The notes under the pieces: generated by a model | Databases searched by the model: none | What the model saw: only the letters and a program-made list of their open reading frames with translations | What the model was told of the DNA's origin: nothing | Part shown: positions 10,581-19,822 of the stretch, in pieces | How the letters are laid out: every line of letters starts with the position of its first letter | How positions within the stretch are numbered: position 1 is the first letter of the stretch | Program-made: the position numbers and the translations under genes | Assembly (NCBI GenBank): GCA_035259575.1 | Contig: DATFWE010000009.1 | Span: 29,800 to 93,799 of the forward strand | DNA length: 64,000 bases | From: Haliangiales bacterium | GTDB lineage: Bacteria; Myxococcota_A; Polyangia; Haliangiales; SHYZ01 | Reading direction: 5' to 3'

Positions 10581-11689
10581 TTGTCACCCGCTTTCTTCTT
10601 CTGCTGCTGCGCGTCCTTCTTCTTCTTGCGCTCGAGCGCCTTCTGCTCGCGCTCGATGCCCTTCTGCGCGGCGGCGATGTGATCGTCGACGATCGGCACG
10701 CCGCCGGGCCCCGCCCGCTGCTTGTACTCGGCGAGGAACTTCTGCGCGCTCTGCATGCGCGGCAGCCCGTCGAGCCCGGGGAACGGATCCGCGTCGAGGT
10801 AGAGGATCCCCAGGTTGAAGTACGCGGGCGCGTAGCCGGGGTTGATCTGCTGCGCGAGCTTCAGCTCCATCTCCGCCTTGCGCAGGAGGGTGTCGCGCGC
10901 CGTCGGGTCGTCGGCCGAGCGCCCGCGGTAGGCGGCGCCGAGGTAGGTGTGCGCGCGCGCCGACTGGCTCTGGAGCGACACGAGCCGCTCGAACACGTTG
11001 ACGGCGTCGGCGTAGCGCTTGCGCTTGAGGTAGATCGTCCCCTTGTTGTGGAGCGCGGCGATGTAATCCGGCCGCAGGGACGTCGACCGTTCGTACGCCG
11101 ACAGCGCCTCGTCCTCGCGGTGGGTGCGGTCGTAGGTGAGACCGAGGAGCATCCACAGGACCGGGCTCTGGTCGCCCTCGCGCTGGCGCTTGGCGATGGT
11201 GAGCACCGCCTCGACCTTGTCGTCGTACCCCTTGAGATAGTACGCGTGCGCCAGCCGGATCATCGCCGGGACGCTGGACTCGTCTGCGTCGAGCGCGGCG
11301 CGGGCGGCGCGCATCGCCGTGTCGGCGTCGCGGGCCTTGAGCGCCTGGTCGGCCTTGCGCAGCTGCTCCTGGACGATGGCTGAGCGCTTGTCCGCCGGCA
11401 GATCCAGCGTCGGCGGCTTGGGACCCGTCAGGGCCGGAGCGGCGGGCTCCGGCGCGGGCGGAGGAGGAGCCGGCGTCGCCGTCGCCGGCTGCGGCTCGGG
11501 CGGAAGGTCGGTGTAGGTGACCTCGGCGTCGCTCGCGGGCTTCGGCGCCGCCGCCTTCGCGGCCGGCGTCGTCGGCTGCCGGGCCGGCTTCGAGCCGCCG
11601 CAGGCCGCCAGCGCCAACGCCCACGTCAAGACACACCACCGCACGGACGTACCGACGCGTGAGCCCGAGAAACGATCTGGCGGGCTCAT
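10577..11689 (-). CDS. TPR-repeat lipoprotein (GltE/AglT/NfsE-like)
   Basis: Lipobox LALAACGG and a Pro/Ala-rich linker, followed by several TPR units (..AMIRLAHAYYLKGYDDKVEAVL.., ..IAALHNKGTIYLKRKRYADAVNVFE..). The ATG at 11689 overlaps the upstream TGA (ATGA). The upstream part of the 1428-aa track ORF is shadow frame. Confidence 0.7.
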   Translation of the reverse strand: MSPPDRFSGSRVGTSVRWCVLTWALALAACGGSKPARQPTTPAAKAAAPKPASDAEVTYTDLPPEPQPATATPAPPPPAPEPAAPALTGPKPPTLDLPADKRSAIVQEQLRKADQALKARDADTAMRAARAALDADESSVPAMIRLAHAYYLKGYDDKVEAVLTIAKRQREGDQSPVLWMLLGLTYDRTHREDEALSAYERSTSLRPDYIAALHNKGTIYLKRKRYADAVNVFERLVSLQSQSARAHTYLGAAYRGRSADDPTARDTLLRKAEMELKLAQQINPGYAPAYFNLGILYLDADPFPGLDGLPRMQSAQKFLAEYKQRAGPGGVPIVDDHIAAAQKGIEREQKALERKKKKDAQQQKKKAGDK

Positions 11690-14600
11690 GGATTCTGCTC
11701 CTTGTCCACGAGCTCGTCCCGCTGGACCGGATACTGGTCCGCGGCGATGTACGAATTCAGCCGCTGCTGCGCCAGCTTGGACCACTCGTTGGCCACACCT
11801 GCCTTCTTGGCCGTTTCGACCGCGCGCAGCCATTGTTTCTTGGCGAGCTCGGTGTTGGGCGCGACCTGCTGCTCCAGGCTCTCCTGGTAGGACCCGAGCA
11901 CATTCTGTTCGGGATACTGCTTGTCCAGGCGCGTGATCTCGGCCGGCACTGGAGCGTCGAGGAGCTTCTGCCCGGCGAAGAACGCGATGTCCCCCAGGCG
12001 CACGATCGCCGCCAGCGACCACGACGCCTCGAACCGGGCCACCGCCTCGTAGCCGGCCGACGTCGCCTTCGCCACCTTCTGCAGCTCGTCGATGGTCTTG
12101 ACCACCGCCGCCGAGGCGCGCGTCTGGTTCTTGTCGGCGATGTTGCCCAGCCAGCGCACCTTGTACTTCTCGAACTCCTTCTTGTAGTACTGCTCGGCCA
12201 GCCAGAACTGCGCCTCCCCCGCCAGCTCCGACGCCGGCGACGCCGGCTTTTCCCCCGATTCGTCGTACGCGCGGATCGTCGCCTTGTAGTACTTGTCGGC
12301 GGCGTCCTTGTCGCGCGCCTTCTCCATCGCCTTCGCCGTCTTGTGCTGCGCCAGGACGAGCTTGAACCCGGCGCCCGCGTCCTTGCCGTACTGGCGCTTC
12401 CACTGGTCGAACGTGGCGATCATGTCCTTGGTGTTGCCGGCCTTCTCGTAGACGAGCGCCGCGTTGAAGAAGGCGTCGCGCGCCCGCTCGCGGTTCTTCT
12501 GGTCGAACGCAGCGTAGCGCTTGTACAGCGTCGCCGCGCCCGGGTCGTTCTTGCCCCGGTCGTAGTAGACGCGATCGAGATCGCGCAGGAGCGCCGCGTT
12601 GTAGAGCGCGTTCACGCGCGCCTCCTCGAGGTTGAACTCCGGCCGCGATGTGCGCCCCGGCTTGGCCGCCTCGTCGACGACCTGGAGGTACGTGTCCACG
12701 GCCGCCTCGTAATCGAACGCTGCCTGGTAGGACTCCGCAGTGCGGTAGAGCGCCTCGATGTAGTACTCCGACTTGGCGAACTCGGGGACCTTGACGAATT
12801 CCTGGTACAGCGCGACGGCCGTCTTGGGCTTGCCCGCCTTGGTATAGGCGAGCGCCGCGTTGAACATCGCGCCGGCGCGATCGGCGAACACGTCCGTGCC
12901 CGCCTTGTACAGGCCGTAGAACCGCTGCCCCGCCTCGTCGAACCGCCCGTCCTTGTAGGCGTTGATCGCGACGGTGTACTCGTTCGACAGCTTCTGCTTC
13001 TGCGCGACGAGGACGTCCTGCGGCGTCGACCCGCACTTGTCGCCGATGAACTTGTCGGCGGTCGCCTGGAACTTGTCCGTCTGCCCTCGCCCCTGGTAGA
13101 TGGCCAGCATGCCCTCCTTGGCCTGCACCGCCTCGGAGGTCTTGCAGTACGTCGTCATGATGCCCTGGAAGCGGGCGAGCGCGTCGTCGAGCTGGACGTG
13201 GCGGTAGGAGATCATCGCCGCCGCCAGCGCCTTCTGCGACGCCGTGGAATCGTTCGGCACCAGCTTGGCGTACTCGTCGTAGGCGCCCTGGAGGTCCCGG
13301 TACAGCGACGGGACCGACAGCGAGCGCGCGCCCTTGGCGAACGTCTCGGGCGTCGGCACCGGCGGCTCCTTGAGCGCCCCCTGGGCCTTGGCCTGGGCCA
13401 CCGCCTCCTCGTACGCCTTGACCACCGAATCCGCGGCGTCGTCGTGGTACTTGGTGCCGAGCTCCTGGTGGTCGCGCACCCACCGGTAGCGCTCGACCGA
13501 GGCCACGTACTGCTCGCTGAAATAGAGGCAGTCGGCGAGGCGGTAGGTCACCTCGTAGGCGTCGGACGAGTTGGGAAACTCCTGCAGGTACGCCTGGTAC
13601 AGGTTGGCCGCCTCGGCGTAGAGGCGCAGGTAGCCGCGCTTCCCGTCGGGCGTCGGCGCCTTCTGGTACTGCTGCTTGGCCAGCTGCGCGCTGCGGTGCT
13701 GGTTGCGCGCCGCCTCGATCAGCGAGCCCTCGGTGAGGCGGCTGGCGTTGTCCATCGCCTCGCGGTTGGTCTCGTTCGCCGTGTACCACGGGGTGCCGCG
13801 CTTGTACGCCGTGGCCAGTCTCGCCCGCTCGTCGCCCGCCGCCTGCGCGTCGCCCATGAACGCGAGCGCGTCGACGATCTTCTGGTGCACGACGGGGTTC
13901 CTCGGGTGGGTCGGGTAATGATCGAGCGTGAACCGCCAGGCGTTGATCGCCTCGCGGTAGGCGGTGCGGATCTCCGGCGGCACCTCGCCCCCCGGCGGCG
14001 TCCCCGCGGACAGGCGCAGGACGTCGCCGACCTGCTCGTAGACGTCGCGCACGTGCCGCTCGTTCGTCCGGCCCTTGTAGAACGCGTTCAGGCGCTCCAT
14101 CGCCTTCACCGGGTCGGACAGCGTGTTCTCCTCCCACGGGTCGGTGAAGCTGATCGCCAGGTACTGCACCGACTCGCCGCGGAGATCGTTTTTCGGCTGC
14201 CCCTGATCCTCGAGCTTGTCGGAGTAGGCGACCAGCTCGTCGAACGCCTGGATCCCGTCCATGAACTGGTTGTTGCGGTAGTAGGACCAGGCGAGCTTGT
14301 AGAGCGCGATGTCGTAGAACTTGGACTTCGTGTTGTGCGCGACGCGCTTGTAGGCGGCGATGGCGGTGGGCAGCGAGCCGGGCGTGTCGAAGTCGATCTC
14401 GCCGACGCGGATCCAGCCCTCGTCGATGAGGTCCTGGTTCTGCGTCATCGGCTCGCAGCCCTGGTATGGGTCGACCGTCTGCGGCCGCGCGCCCGCGGCC
14501 AGGCGGCGGCGGAGCTCGCGCGGATCCGGCGGAGGCGGCGGCGTCCCCAGCGGGTCGAACTTGTTCCGGCACACGAGGCCCAGGAACGCCTGGCGCGACT

Positions 14601-15207
14601 CGGGCGTCTGGCGCATCTCGCCGCGGTAGTAGGCGTATAGGTAGATGGCCCCGTCGACCTGCCGGTACTTCGGGAACCGTTCGTTGATCTGCCGCCAGAT
14701 GTCGAGGGACGGCGTGTAGTCCGGCCCCGCGTACTGCGGCGGAGCCTCGGGGTCGACCGGCGGCGGCGGCGTGTCGGCGGAGGCCGCCTCCTTCTCGTCC
14801 CACTCCCACTTGGCCTTGTCGAGGTAGAGATCCGCCAGGCGGAACATCGCGTCCGGCGTCCACTTCGGATCGTCGGGGTACTTGACGAGGAACTTCTGCA
14901 ACGCCTCGAGCGCGCTCATGTGACGCGCGCGGTAGTCCTTCTCCGCCCCGTCCATCGCCTTGTGGTAGCGCTCGGCGGCTGCCCTCACCTTGTCCTGGTA
15001 CTCGCGGCGGAGGATGCCGCGCATCTGCTCGACGTGGTCGCCGACGGCGCCGGCGTAGCGATCGGCGTCGCGCTCCACCTCCTTGAGCACATCGAGCTCC
15101 TGCGGGGTGAGCTCGCGCGGCGGCGCCCCCGGTTTGGGCCTCGGCGGCGCGGGCTGCTGCTGCGCCCAGGCCGTCGACGCGACCAGCGCAATGAGGAGCG
15201 CCATCAT
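11686..15207 (-). CDS. Large periplasmic TPR protein (GltD/AgmU/NfsD-like), about 1173 aa
   Basis: Signal peptide MMALLIALVASTAWAQQ starts at 15207. TPR-like helical repeats run throughout (..FRLADLYLDKAKWEW.., ..ALYKLAWSYYRNNQFMDGIQAFDE..). Size and position between the GltC-like and GltE-like genes fit. The 66 codons upstream in the track ORF are the repeat element, not protein. Confidence 0.75.
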   Translation of the reverse strand: MMALLIALVASTAWAQQQPAPPRPKPGAPPRELTPQELDVLKEVERDADRYAGAVGDHVEQMRGILRREYQDKVRAAAERYHKAMDGAEKDYRARHMSALEALQKFLVKYPDDPKWTPDAMFRLADLYLDKAKWEWDEKEAASADTPPPPVDPEAPPQYAGPDYTPSLDIWRQINERFPKYRQVDGAIYLYAYYRGEMRQTPESRQAFLGLVCRNKFDPLGTPPPPPDPRELRRRLAAGARPQTVDPYQGCEPMTQNQDLIDEGWIRVGEIDFDTPGSLPTAIAAYKRVAHNTKSKFYDIALYKLAWSYYRNNQFMDGIQAFDELVAYSDKLEDQGQPKNDLRGESVQYLAISFTDPWEENTLSDPVKAMERLNAFYKGRTNERHVRDVYEQVGDVLRLSAGTPPGGEVPPEIRTAYREAINAWRFTLDHYPTHPRNPVVHQKIVDALAFMGDAQAAGDERARLATAYKRGTPWYTANETNREAMDNASRLTEGSLIEAARNQHRSAQLAKQQYQKAPTPDGKRGYLRLYAEAANLYQAYLQEFPNSSDAYEVTYRLADCLYFSEQYVASVERYRWVRDHQELGTKYHDDAADSVVKAYEEAVAQAKAQGALKEPPVPTPETFAKGARSLSVPSLYRDLQGAYDEYAKLVPNDSTASQKALAAAMISYRHVQLDDALARFQGIMTTYCKTSEAVQAKEGMLAIYQGRGQTDKFQATADKFIGDKCGSTPQDVLVAQKQKLSNEYTVAINAYKDGRFDEAGQRFYGLYKAGTDVFADRAGAMFNAALAYTKAGKPKTAVALYQEFVKVPEFAKSEYYIEALYRTAESYQAAFDYEAAVDTYLQVVDEAAKPGRTSRPEFNLEEARVNALYNAALLRDLDRVYYDRGKNDPGAATLYKRYAAFDQKNRERARDAFFNAALVYEKAGNTKDMIATFDQWKRQYGKDAGAGFKLVLAQHKTAKAMEKARDKDAADKYYKATIRAYDESGEKPASPASELAGEAQFWLAEQYYKKEFEKYKVRWLGNIADKNQTRASAAVVKTIDELQKVAKATSAGYEAVARFEASWSLAAIVRLGDIAFFAGQKLLDAPVPAEITRLDKQYPEQNVLGSYQESLEQQVAPNTELAKKQWLRAVETAKKAGVANEWSKLAQQRLNSYIAADQYPVQRDELVDKEQNP

Positions 15208-15401
15208 TGTTGCACCGCCGGCTCGCGTCCGCGCGGGGGCTCCAGGTCGCGTGGCTGCGCCTCGCTCCAGGGTCGCGCCCGTCCGCGCTTCCGCTCGCCA
15301 GCTCGTGGTTGCACCGCCGGCTCGCGTCCGCGCGGGCGCTCCAGGTCGCGTGGCTGCGCCTCGCTCCACGGTCGCGCTCGGCCGCGCTGCCGCTCGCCGG
15401 C
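15208..15401. repeat. Tandem dimer (2 x 95 nt, joined by TCGT) of the junction repeat family also found at 21627-21720 and 23191-23284
   Basis: Both copies carry (t/g)gttgcaccgcc...ccaggtcgcgtggctgcgcctcgctcca(g/c)ggtcgc... and fill the whole gap between the stop at 15402-15404 and the start at 15205-15207. The dimer is flanked by TCAT on both sides. Confidence 0.85.
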
Positions 15402-17747
15402 TCATGGCTTCTCTCCCGGCTTGGGCGGCTCCGCCTGCTTGTCCTGGATGACGTCGCGAAACTCCGCCTCGAGCGTGTTCTTCTCGCGCGCGAAATCGAT
15501 GCGCAGGCGGTCGGCGTACTTCTGCGCCTGCTCCTTCTGCGCCCACGTCACGTCGAGGAGCCCCACGTCGGAACGGACCACGAAGTCCTTGAACTTCCGC
15601 GCGACGCGCCCGAACGACCCGGCGACAACGTCGGAGCCGACGTCCACCGTCTCGCCGTCGTAGCTGCCGAGCTGCTGCTGATAGCCCACCAGCGCCGCTT
15701 TCTCCTCGGCGATCGCCACCTTGACCTCGCGGAGCTGCCCCTCCACCGCCTGGTCGATGCGGCCGTTGACCCGGCCCACGGTTTGCTCCACGTTGTCGGC
15801 GCGCGCGAGCTGGGACTCGATGTCGCGGACGCGCCCCGCCGAGTCGCCGCCGGCGCGCGACGCGGCCCGCGCGACGACGTCGTGCTCGGCCTTCACGGCT
15901 GCGCGCATCTGCTTCCGCAGCTCCTGCTCCTCGAGGGCCAGCTCGTCGCCGATTCCGGCCTCGTCCGCCGCCAGCTCGGTCTCGTGGTGGAACTTCTCGA
16001 GCTGGCCCCGCAGCGCGGCGATGTCGTCGCGGATCGGCTTGCGCTCGCGCTCGAACTGCTCGGGCGTCATCTTGACCGGCTGGGTGGCGTAGTAGCGCTC
16101 GAGCGCCACCATCTGCGCCTCGAGGCTGTACAGGAACACCTCCACCTCGGTGGCGCGCTTGTCGATCTCGTCCACCGCCTCGCGCGCCTTGCGCTGGCGC
16201 TCCTCGTAGGCGTCGCCGCTGTTGGGCAGCGCGGCGAGCTTGCGCGCCAGCCCCTCGCGCACCGCCGCGACGCGCTGGAGCTCCGCCTGCTCTCCCGCCG
16301 ACAGGCTGCCGAGGACGAGCACGCGCTCCTCGTTGCCGAGCGATGTGCGGACGCGCGTCAGCCCCTCCTGGATCTCCTCCGCCTGGGCGCGCCGCGACGC
16401 CAGCTCGGGGAAGATGCGCACGCGCGACGGCGACGCCACCGCGCGCTCGAGGCGCGCGATACCCTTGGCCGCGTCGTCGAGGTCGACGCGCACCTCGTCG
16501 AGCGTCTTGGTCACGCCGAGGACGCGCCCGGCCTCCGGATCCTCCTTCACCGCCTCCAGCGCCGTCTTGGGCACCTCGATCTGGACGTCGAGCGCCTCCC
16601 CCCCCTTGCCCGTCAGCGCGTTGAAGTATGCCCTGCGGTCGCCGTGCGCAGCCAGGAGCTTGTCGATCTCGTCCTTGCTCTTCTGATAGGTGTCGCGCAT
16701 CTGCTCGAACGTCGTCGTCGCCTTTGCATACTCCTCGCTGGTGTTGCCGAGGCCCTCGGCGCCGATCCCCTGCGCCTTGCGCAGGCGGAGGTTCCCCTCG
16801 AGGAGGCGGATCTCCGGCAGGTCCGACGCCTTGGGGCTGGCGAGCTGCAGGAGCTCGAGCGCGCGCAGCGCACGGTCGTACTGCTTGGCCTTCACGTAGG
16901 CCCAGGCGATCTCCTGCAGCGCGTCGCCGAATGCGGGCGACCGCCGGCTGATCGCCTGGTAGGCGTCGATCGCCTCCTGCGTCTGATTGCGCTCGTAGAA
17001 CACGCGCCCCAGCGCGAGGCGCGACAGCTCCACGATCATCTCCTCGTCCTTGTTCTTCGTCGGCTCGCGCGTGACGCCCTGGAACGCCTTGGCCGCGGCT
17101 GCGAGGTCGCCCTTCTGGGCGTGGGTCACGCCGATGAAGTAGTGCGCCTGCATGGCGTAGGACGACGTCGGCGGGATCGCCTCGAAGAACCGCAGCGCTT
17201 CGTCGTAGCGGCCGGCCGAGTAGGCGTACTTGCCGCGCACGTAGGGCACCGACTCGAGCGCCTTGCCCGCCGGGAGGCGGTCGAGGCGGGCCAGGTAGTC
17301 CTGGATGCGGGCCGGATCTTTGGTGCGGACGACGAGCTCGACCAGGCGCCCCAGCGCCTCGCCGTAGTGCGGCGAGCTCTCGCCGAGCGTGTCGATGACC
17401 TTGTGGAAGTAATCGCGGGCGAGGAGATTGTCGCCCTTCTTGAACAGGCAGTCGGCGAGGAAGAACAGCGCGTCGGGGTACGAGCGCGTCGTCGCGTGCT
17501 TCTCCACGACGTCGTAGAGGAGGACGGCCGCATCGTCGTAGTGGCCCACGCCGTACAGGACCTGCGCGCGGATGAGGCGGCGCTCGGCCATGTCGGCCTC
17601 GTTCTCCTTGGCCGGGGTCAGCTTGGCGAGCCCGTTCTCGAGCTCGATCGCCCGCTGCTCGAGGTAAGACAGCCGGCTTTGCGGATCCTCCTGCGCCTGG
17701 GCCGCCGCGGCGAAGCCGAGGGCGGCCACCCAGAGGAAAGCTCTCAT
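15402..17747 (-). CDS. Periplasmic TPR plus coiled-coil protein (GltC/NfsC-like)
   Basis: Signal peptide MRAFLWVAALGFAAAAQAQ. The N-terminal half holds TPR units (..AQVLYGVGHYDDAAVLLYDVV.., ..MQAHYFIGVTHAQKGDLAAAAKAFQ..). The C-terminal half is long coiled coil. It lies directly upstream of the GltD-like gene. Confidence 0.65.
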   Translation of the reverse strand: MRAFLWVAALGFAAAAQAQEDPQSRLSYLEQRAIELENGLAKLTPAKENEADMAERRLIRAQVLYGVGHYDDAAVLLYDVVEKHATTRSYPDALFFLADCLFKKGDNLLARDYFHKVIDTLGESSPHYGEALGRLVELVVRTKDPARIQDYLARLDRLPAGKALESVPYVRGKYAYSAGRYDEALRFFEAIPPTSSYAMQAHYFIGVTHAQKGDLAAAAKAFQGVTREPTKNKDEEMIVELSRLALGRVFYERNQTQEAIDAYQAISRRSPAFGDALQEIAWAYVKAKQYDRALRALELLQLASPKASDLPEIRLLEGNLRLRKAQGIGAEGLGNTSEEYAKATTTFEQMRDTYQKSKDEIDKLLAAHGDRRAYFNALTGKGGEALDVQIEVPKTALEAVKEDPEAGRVLGVTKTLDEVRVDLDDAAKGIARLERAVASPSRVRIFPELASRRAQAEEIQEGLTRVRTSLGNEERVLVLGSLSAGEQAELQRVAAVREGLARKLAALPNSGDAYEERQRKAREAVDEIDKRATEVEVFLYSLEAQMVALERYYATQPVKMTPEQFERERKPIRDDIAALRGQLEKFHHETELAADEAGIGDELALEEQELRKQMRAAVKAEHDVVARAASRAGGDSAGRVRDIESQLARADNVEQTVGRVNGRIDQAVEGQLREVKVAIAEEKAALVGYQQQLGSYDGETVDVGSDVVAGSFGRVARKFKDFVVRSDVGLLDVTWAQKEQAQKYADRLRIDFAREKNTLEAEFRDVIQDKQAEPPKPGEKP

Positions 17748-17748
17748 G

Positions 17749-18417
17749 TCAGTTCCCCGTCGAGGGCGCGGCGGTGGGCTTTTCTGCCACCACGTTGACC
17801 TTGAATTCGACGGCCGGGCGATCCTTGAGCTGCGTGGTGATCCCGCCCTTCTCGAGGCCGACGACGGTGACCTGGGTCTGCTTGCCCTCGGCCGCGGTGA
17901 ACGTGTAGCTCGAGCGTACGGTGAACTTGTACTCTTTGAGATAGGCGAACACGCCGTAGCCGTTCCCGCGGTAGTCGATGAGCACGCTGATCGTGTGGTT
18001 CCCCGGGGCGATCGGTCCGGACAGGATCTCTATATTTTTGAGATCGTTGAGCTTTCCCGTGTCATCGGCGCGGGCAAAAATCTGCACGCCGTCGAGCGCA
18101 TACACAAGGCGGACCATACGGAAGGACCCGCCCATCTGGTTGTCGTGGATGATGGAGGCGCGGGCGCCGACGCCGCCGCCGAGGACCGCCTCTTTGAGCA
18201 TCCCGACGCGCGCCTTCACGCGCCAGGCTTGCTCCTTCAGGACCTCGACCTTCTGCTCCAGGTTGCGCAGGCGCATGTTGGGCGGAGGCACCTCTTCGGA
18301 CGGTGCGGCGGGTTGCGCCGGGCCGGTGTCCGGCTTCGGCTGCGCCCACGCGAGGCCGGAGAACGAGAGGAAGGCGAGGAATGACGCGCAGCGCGATGGC
18401 AGGCGAGAAGAAAGCAT
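17749..18417 (-). CDS. Secreted protein, short coiled coil plus beta-rich domain (first gene of the Glt/Nfs-like cluster)
   Basis: I chose the ATG at 18417 (MLSSRLPSRCASFLAFLSFSGLAWAQP, a signal peptide). The C-terminal part has alternating beta-type sequence (..FRMVRLVYALDGVQIFA.., ..YKFTVRSSYTFTA..). The stop lies 1 nt before the next start. No OMP-type terminal aromatic residue, so a GltA/B identity is not established. Confidence 0.6.
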   Translation of the reverse strand: MLSSRLPSRCASFLAFLSFSGLAWAQPKPDTGPAQPAAPSEEVPPPNMRLRNLEQKVEVLKEQAWRVKARVGMLKEAVLGGGVGARASIIHDNQMGGSFRMVRLVYALDGVQIFARADDTGKLNDLKNIEILSGPIAPGNHTISVLIDYRGNGYGVFAYLKEYKFTVRSSYTFTAAEGKQTQVTVVGLEKGGITTQLKDRPAVEFKVNVVAEKPTAAPSTGN

Positions 18418-18493
18418 GGACGCACCCCGAAAGGGCTGGTTAATGGGGGGGCGTGTCCGGCCGGCGCTCCCCCCGGTCTTCGGACGAGAACCT

Positions 18494-18522
18494 TGTATAT
18501 CACGCGCACTTGCGCCGAGCAA
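18494..18522 (-). promoter_or_regulatory. Candidate sigma70-type promoter for the Glt/Nfs-like cluster
   Basis: On the minus strand: TTGCTC (18522-18517), 17-nt spacer, TATACA (18499-18494), about 75 nt upstream of the ATG at 18417. Sequence match only. Confidence 0.3.
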
Positions 18523-18548
18523 CACCGTGCCGAAGCGGGTGCTCTACA

Positions 18549-19541
18549 TCACTTCCCGAGGAGGGACCAGAGGCGCTCGAGGACGGCAGGCACACCCTCG
18601 CCCGTCGCCCCGGACACCGCATGGAGCTCGATGCCGCGGTCGGCGAAACGCTCGCGTAGGGCGGAGTAGGCCTCGCGGGCGTGGGTGAGGTCGATCTTGT
18701 TGAGGGCGACCACCTGAGGTCGCCGGGCCAGGACCGGGTCGTACTTGGCGAGCTCGCGGTTGACCACGTCGTGGTCCGCCTCGGGGTCCCGCCCCTCTGC
18801 GACCTCGAACAGATGGAGCAGCACCCGGGTGCGCTCGACGTGGCGAAGGAAGCGGTGACCGAGCCCTGCCCCTTCGGCCGCTCCCTCGATGAGGCCGGGG
18901 ATGTCGGCGAGGACGAAGCTGCGGCCGTCGCCGAGGCCGACCACGCCGAGGTTCGGCGTGAGCGTCGTGAACGGGTAGTCGGCAATTTTCGGGCGGGCCC
19001 GCGAGGCCGCGGCCAGGAACGTGGACTTCCCCGCGTTGGGGAAGCCGATGATGCCCGCGTCGGCCAGGAGCTTCAGCTCGAGGCGCACGGTGCGCTCCTC
19101 GCCCGGCGTGCCCGGCTCGGCGGTGCGCGGCGCCTGGTTCCACGGCGACTTGAAATGGATGTTGCCGCGCCCGCCGTGGCCGCCGCGCGCGACGACCGCG
19201 CGCGCCCCCGGCTGGTCGAGGTCGTGGAGCACCTCGCCCGTGTCGGCGTCCATCACGACCGTCCCGAGCGGCACCTTGACGACGAGGTCCTCGCCGGCCT
19301 TGCCGTACTGGTCGCGGTTGCGGCCCGGCTCGCCGCTCTGGGCGCGGTAGTGCTGCTGGTACTTGAAATCGAGGAGCGTGGACAGCTGCTCGTCGGCGAC
19401 GAACACCACGCTGCCGCCGTCGCCGCCGTCGCCGCCCGACGGGCCGCCGCGGGGAACGTGCGCCTCGCGCCGGAAGGTCGCGACGCCGTTGCCGCCGTCG
19501 CCGGCCTTGACGTAGATCTTGGCTTCGTCGATGAAGATCAC
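18549..19541 (-). CDS. obg: GTPase Obg/CgtA
   Basis: [44 protein letters not shown] is the Obg fold. G motifs [18 protein letters not shown] and NKID are present. The GTG start overlaps the rpmA stop (GTGA). Confidence 0.95.
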   Translation of the reverse strand: MIFIDEAKIYVKAGDGGNGVATFRREAHVPRGGPSGGDGGDGGSVVFVADEQLSTLLDFKYQQHYRAQSGEPGRNRDQYGKAGEDLVVKVPLGTVVMDADTGEVLHDLDQPGARAVVARGGHGGRGNIHFKSPWNQAPRTAEPGTPGEERTVRLELKLLADAGIIGFPNAGKSTFLAAASRARPKIADYPFTTLTPNLGVVGLGDGRSFVLADIPGLIEGAAEGAGLGHRFLRHVERTRVLLHLFEVAEGRDPEADHDVVNRELAKYDPVLARRPQVVALNKIDLTHAREAYSALRERFADRGIELHAVSGATGEGVPAVLERLWSLLGK

Positions 19542-19804
19542 GCCGCGGGGGCGGCGGGAACGACGGAGACGCGACGCTTGGTCTTGGTGTGCCGCTCGTA
19601 CTTCACGATGCCGTCCACGAGGGCGAACAGCGTGAAGTCGCGGCCCATGCCGACGTTCTGGCCGGGGTGGATGACGGTGCCGAGCTGCCGCACCAGGATG
19701 TTGCCGGCGCGCACGAGCTCTCCGCCGTAGCGCTTGACGCCGCGCCGCTGGCCGGCCGAATCCCGGCCGTTGCGCGACGAGCCCTGTCCTTTCTTGTGAG
19801 CCAT
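19538..19804 (-). CDS. rpmA: 50S ribosomal protein L27
   Basis: [29 protein letters not shown].. is the canonical L27 N-terminus. Confidence 0.95.
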   Translation of the reverse strand: MAHKKGQGSSRNGRDSAGQRRGVKRYGGELVRAGNILVRQLGTVIHPGQNVGMGRDFTLFALVDGIVKYERHTKTKRRVSVVPAAPAA

Positions 19805-19822
19805 GGCGTTCCCCTAGTCAGC

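Noticed and set aside
11659-14640. 993-aa plus-strand ORF, and the 863-aa ORF at 15207-17798
   Set aside because: Both are antisense to the GltD-like and GltC-like TPR genes. They are Leu/Arg/Val/Gly-rich shadow frames without motifs.
15208-15546. Longer N-terminus for the GltD-like protein (track ORF start 15546, or the ATG at 15405)
   Set aside because: The extra codons are the nucleotide repeat dimer, with the same DNA found in gatCAB junctions in other frames. They would also bury the signal peptide MMALLIALVASTAWAQQ that begins at 15207.
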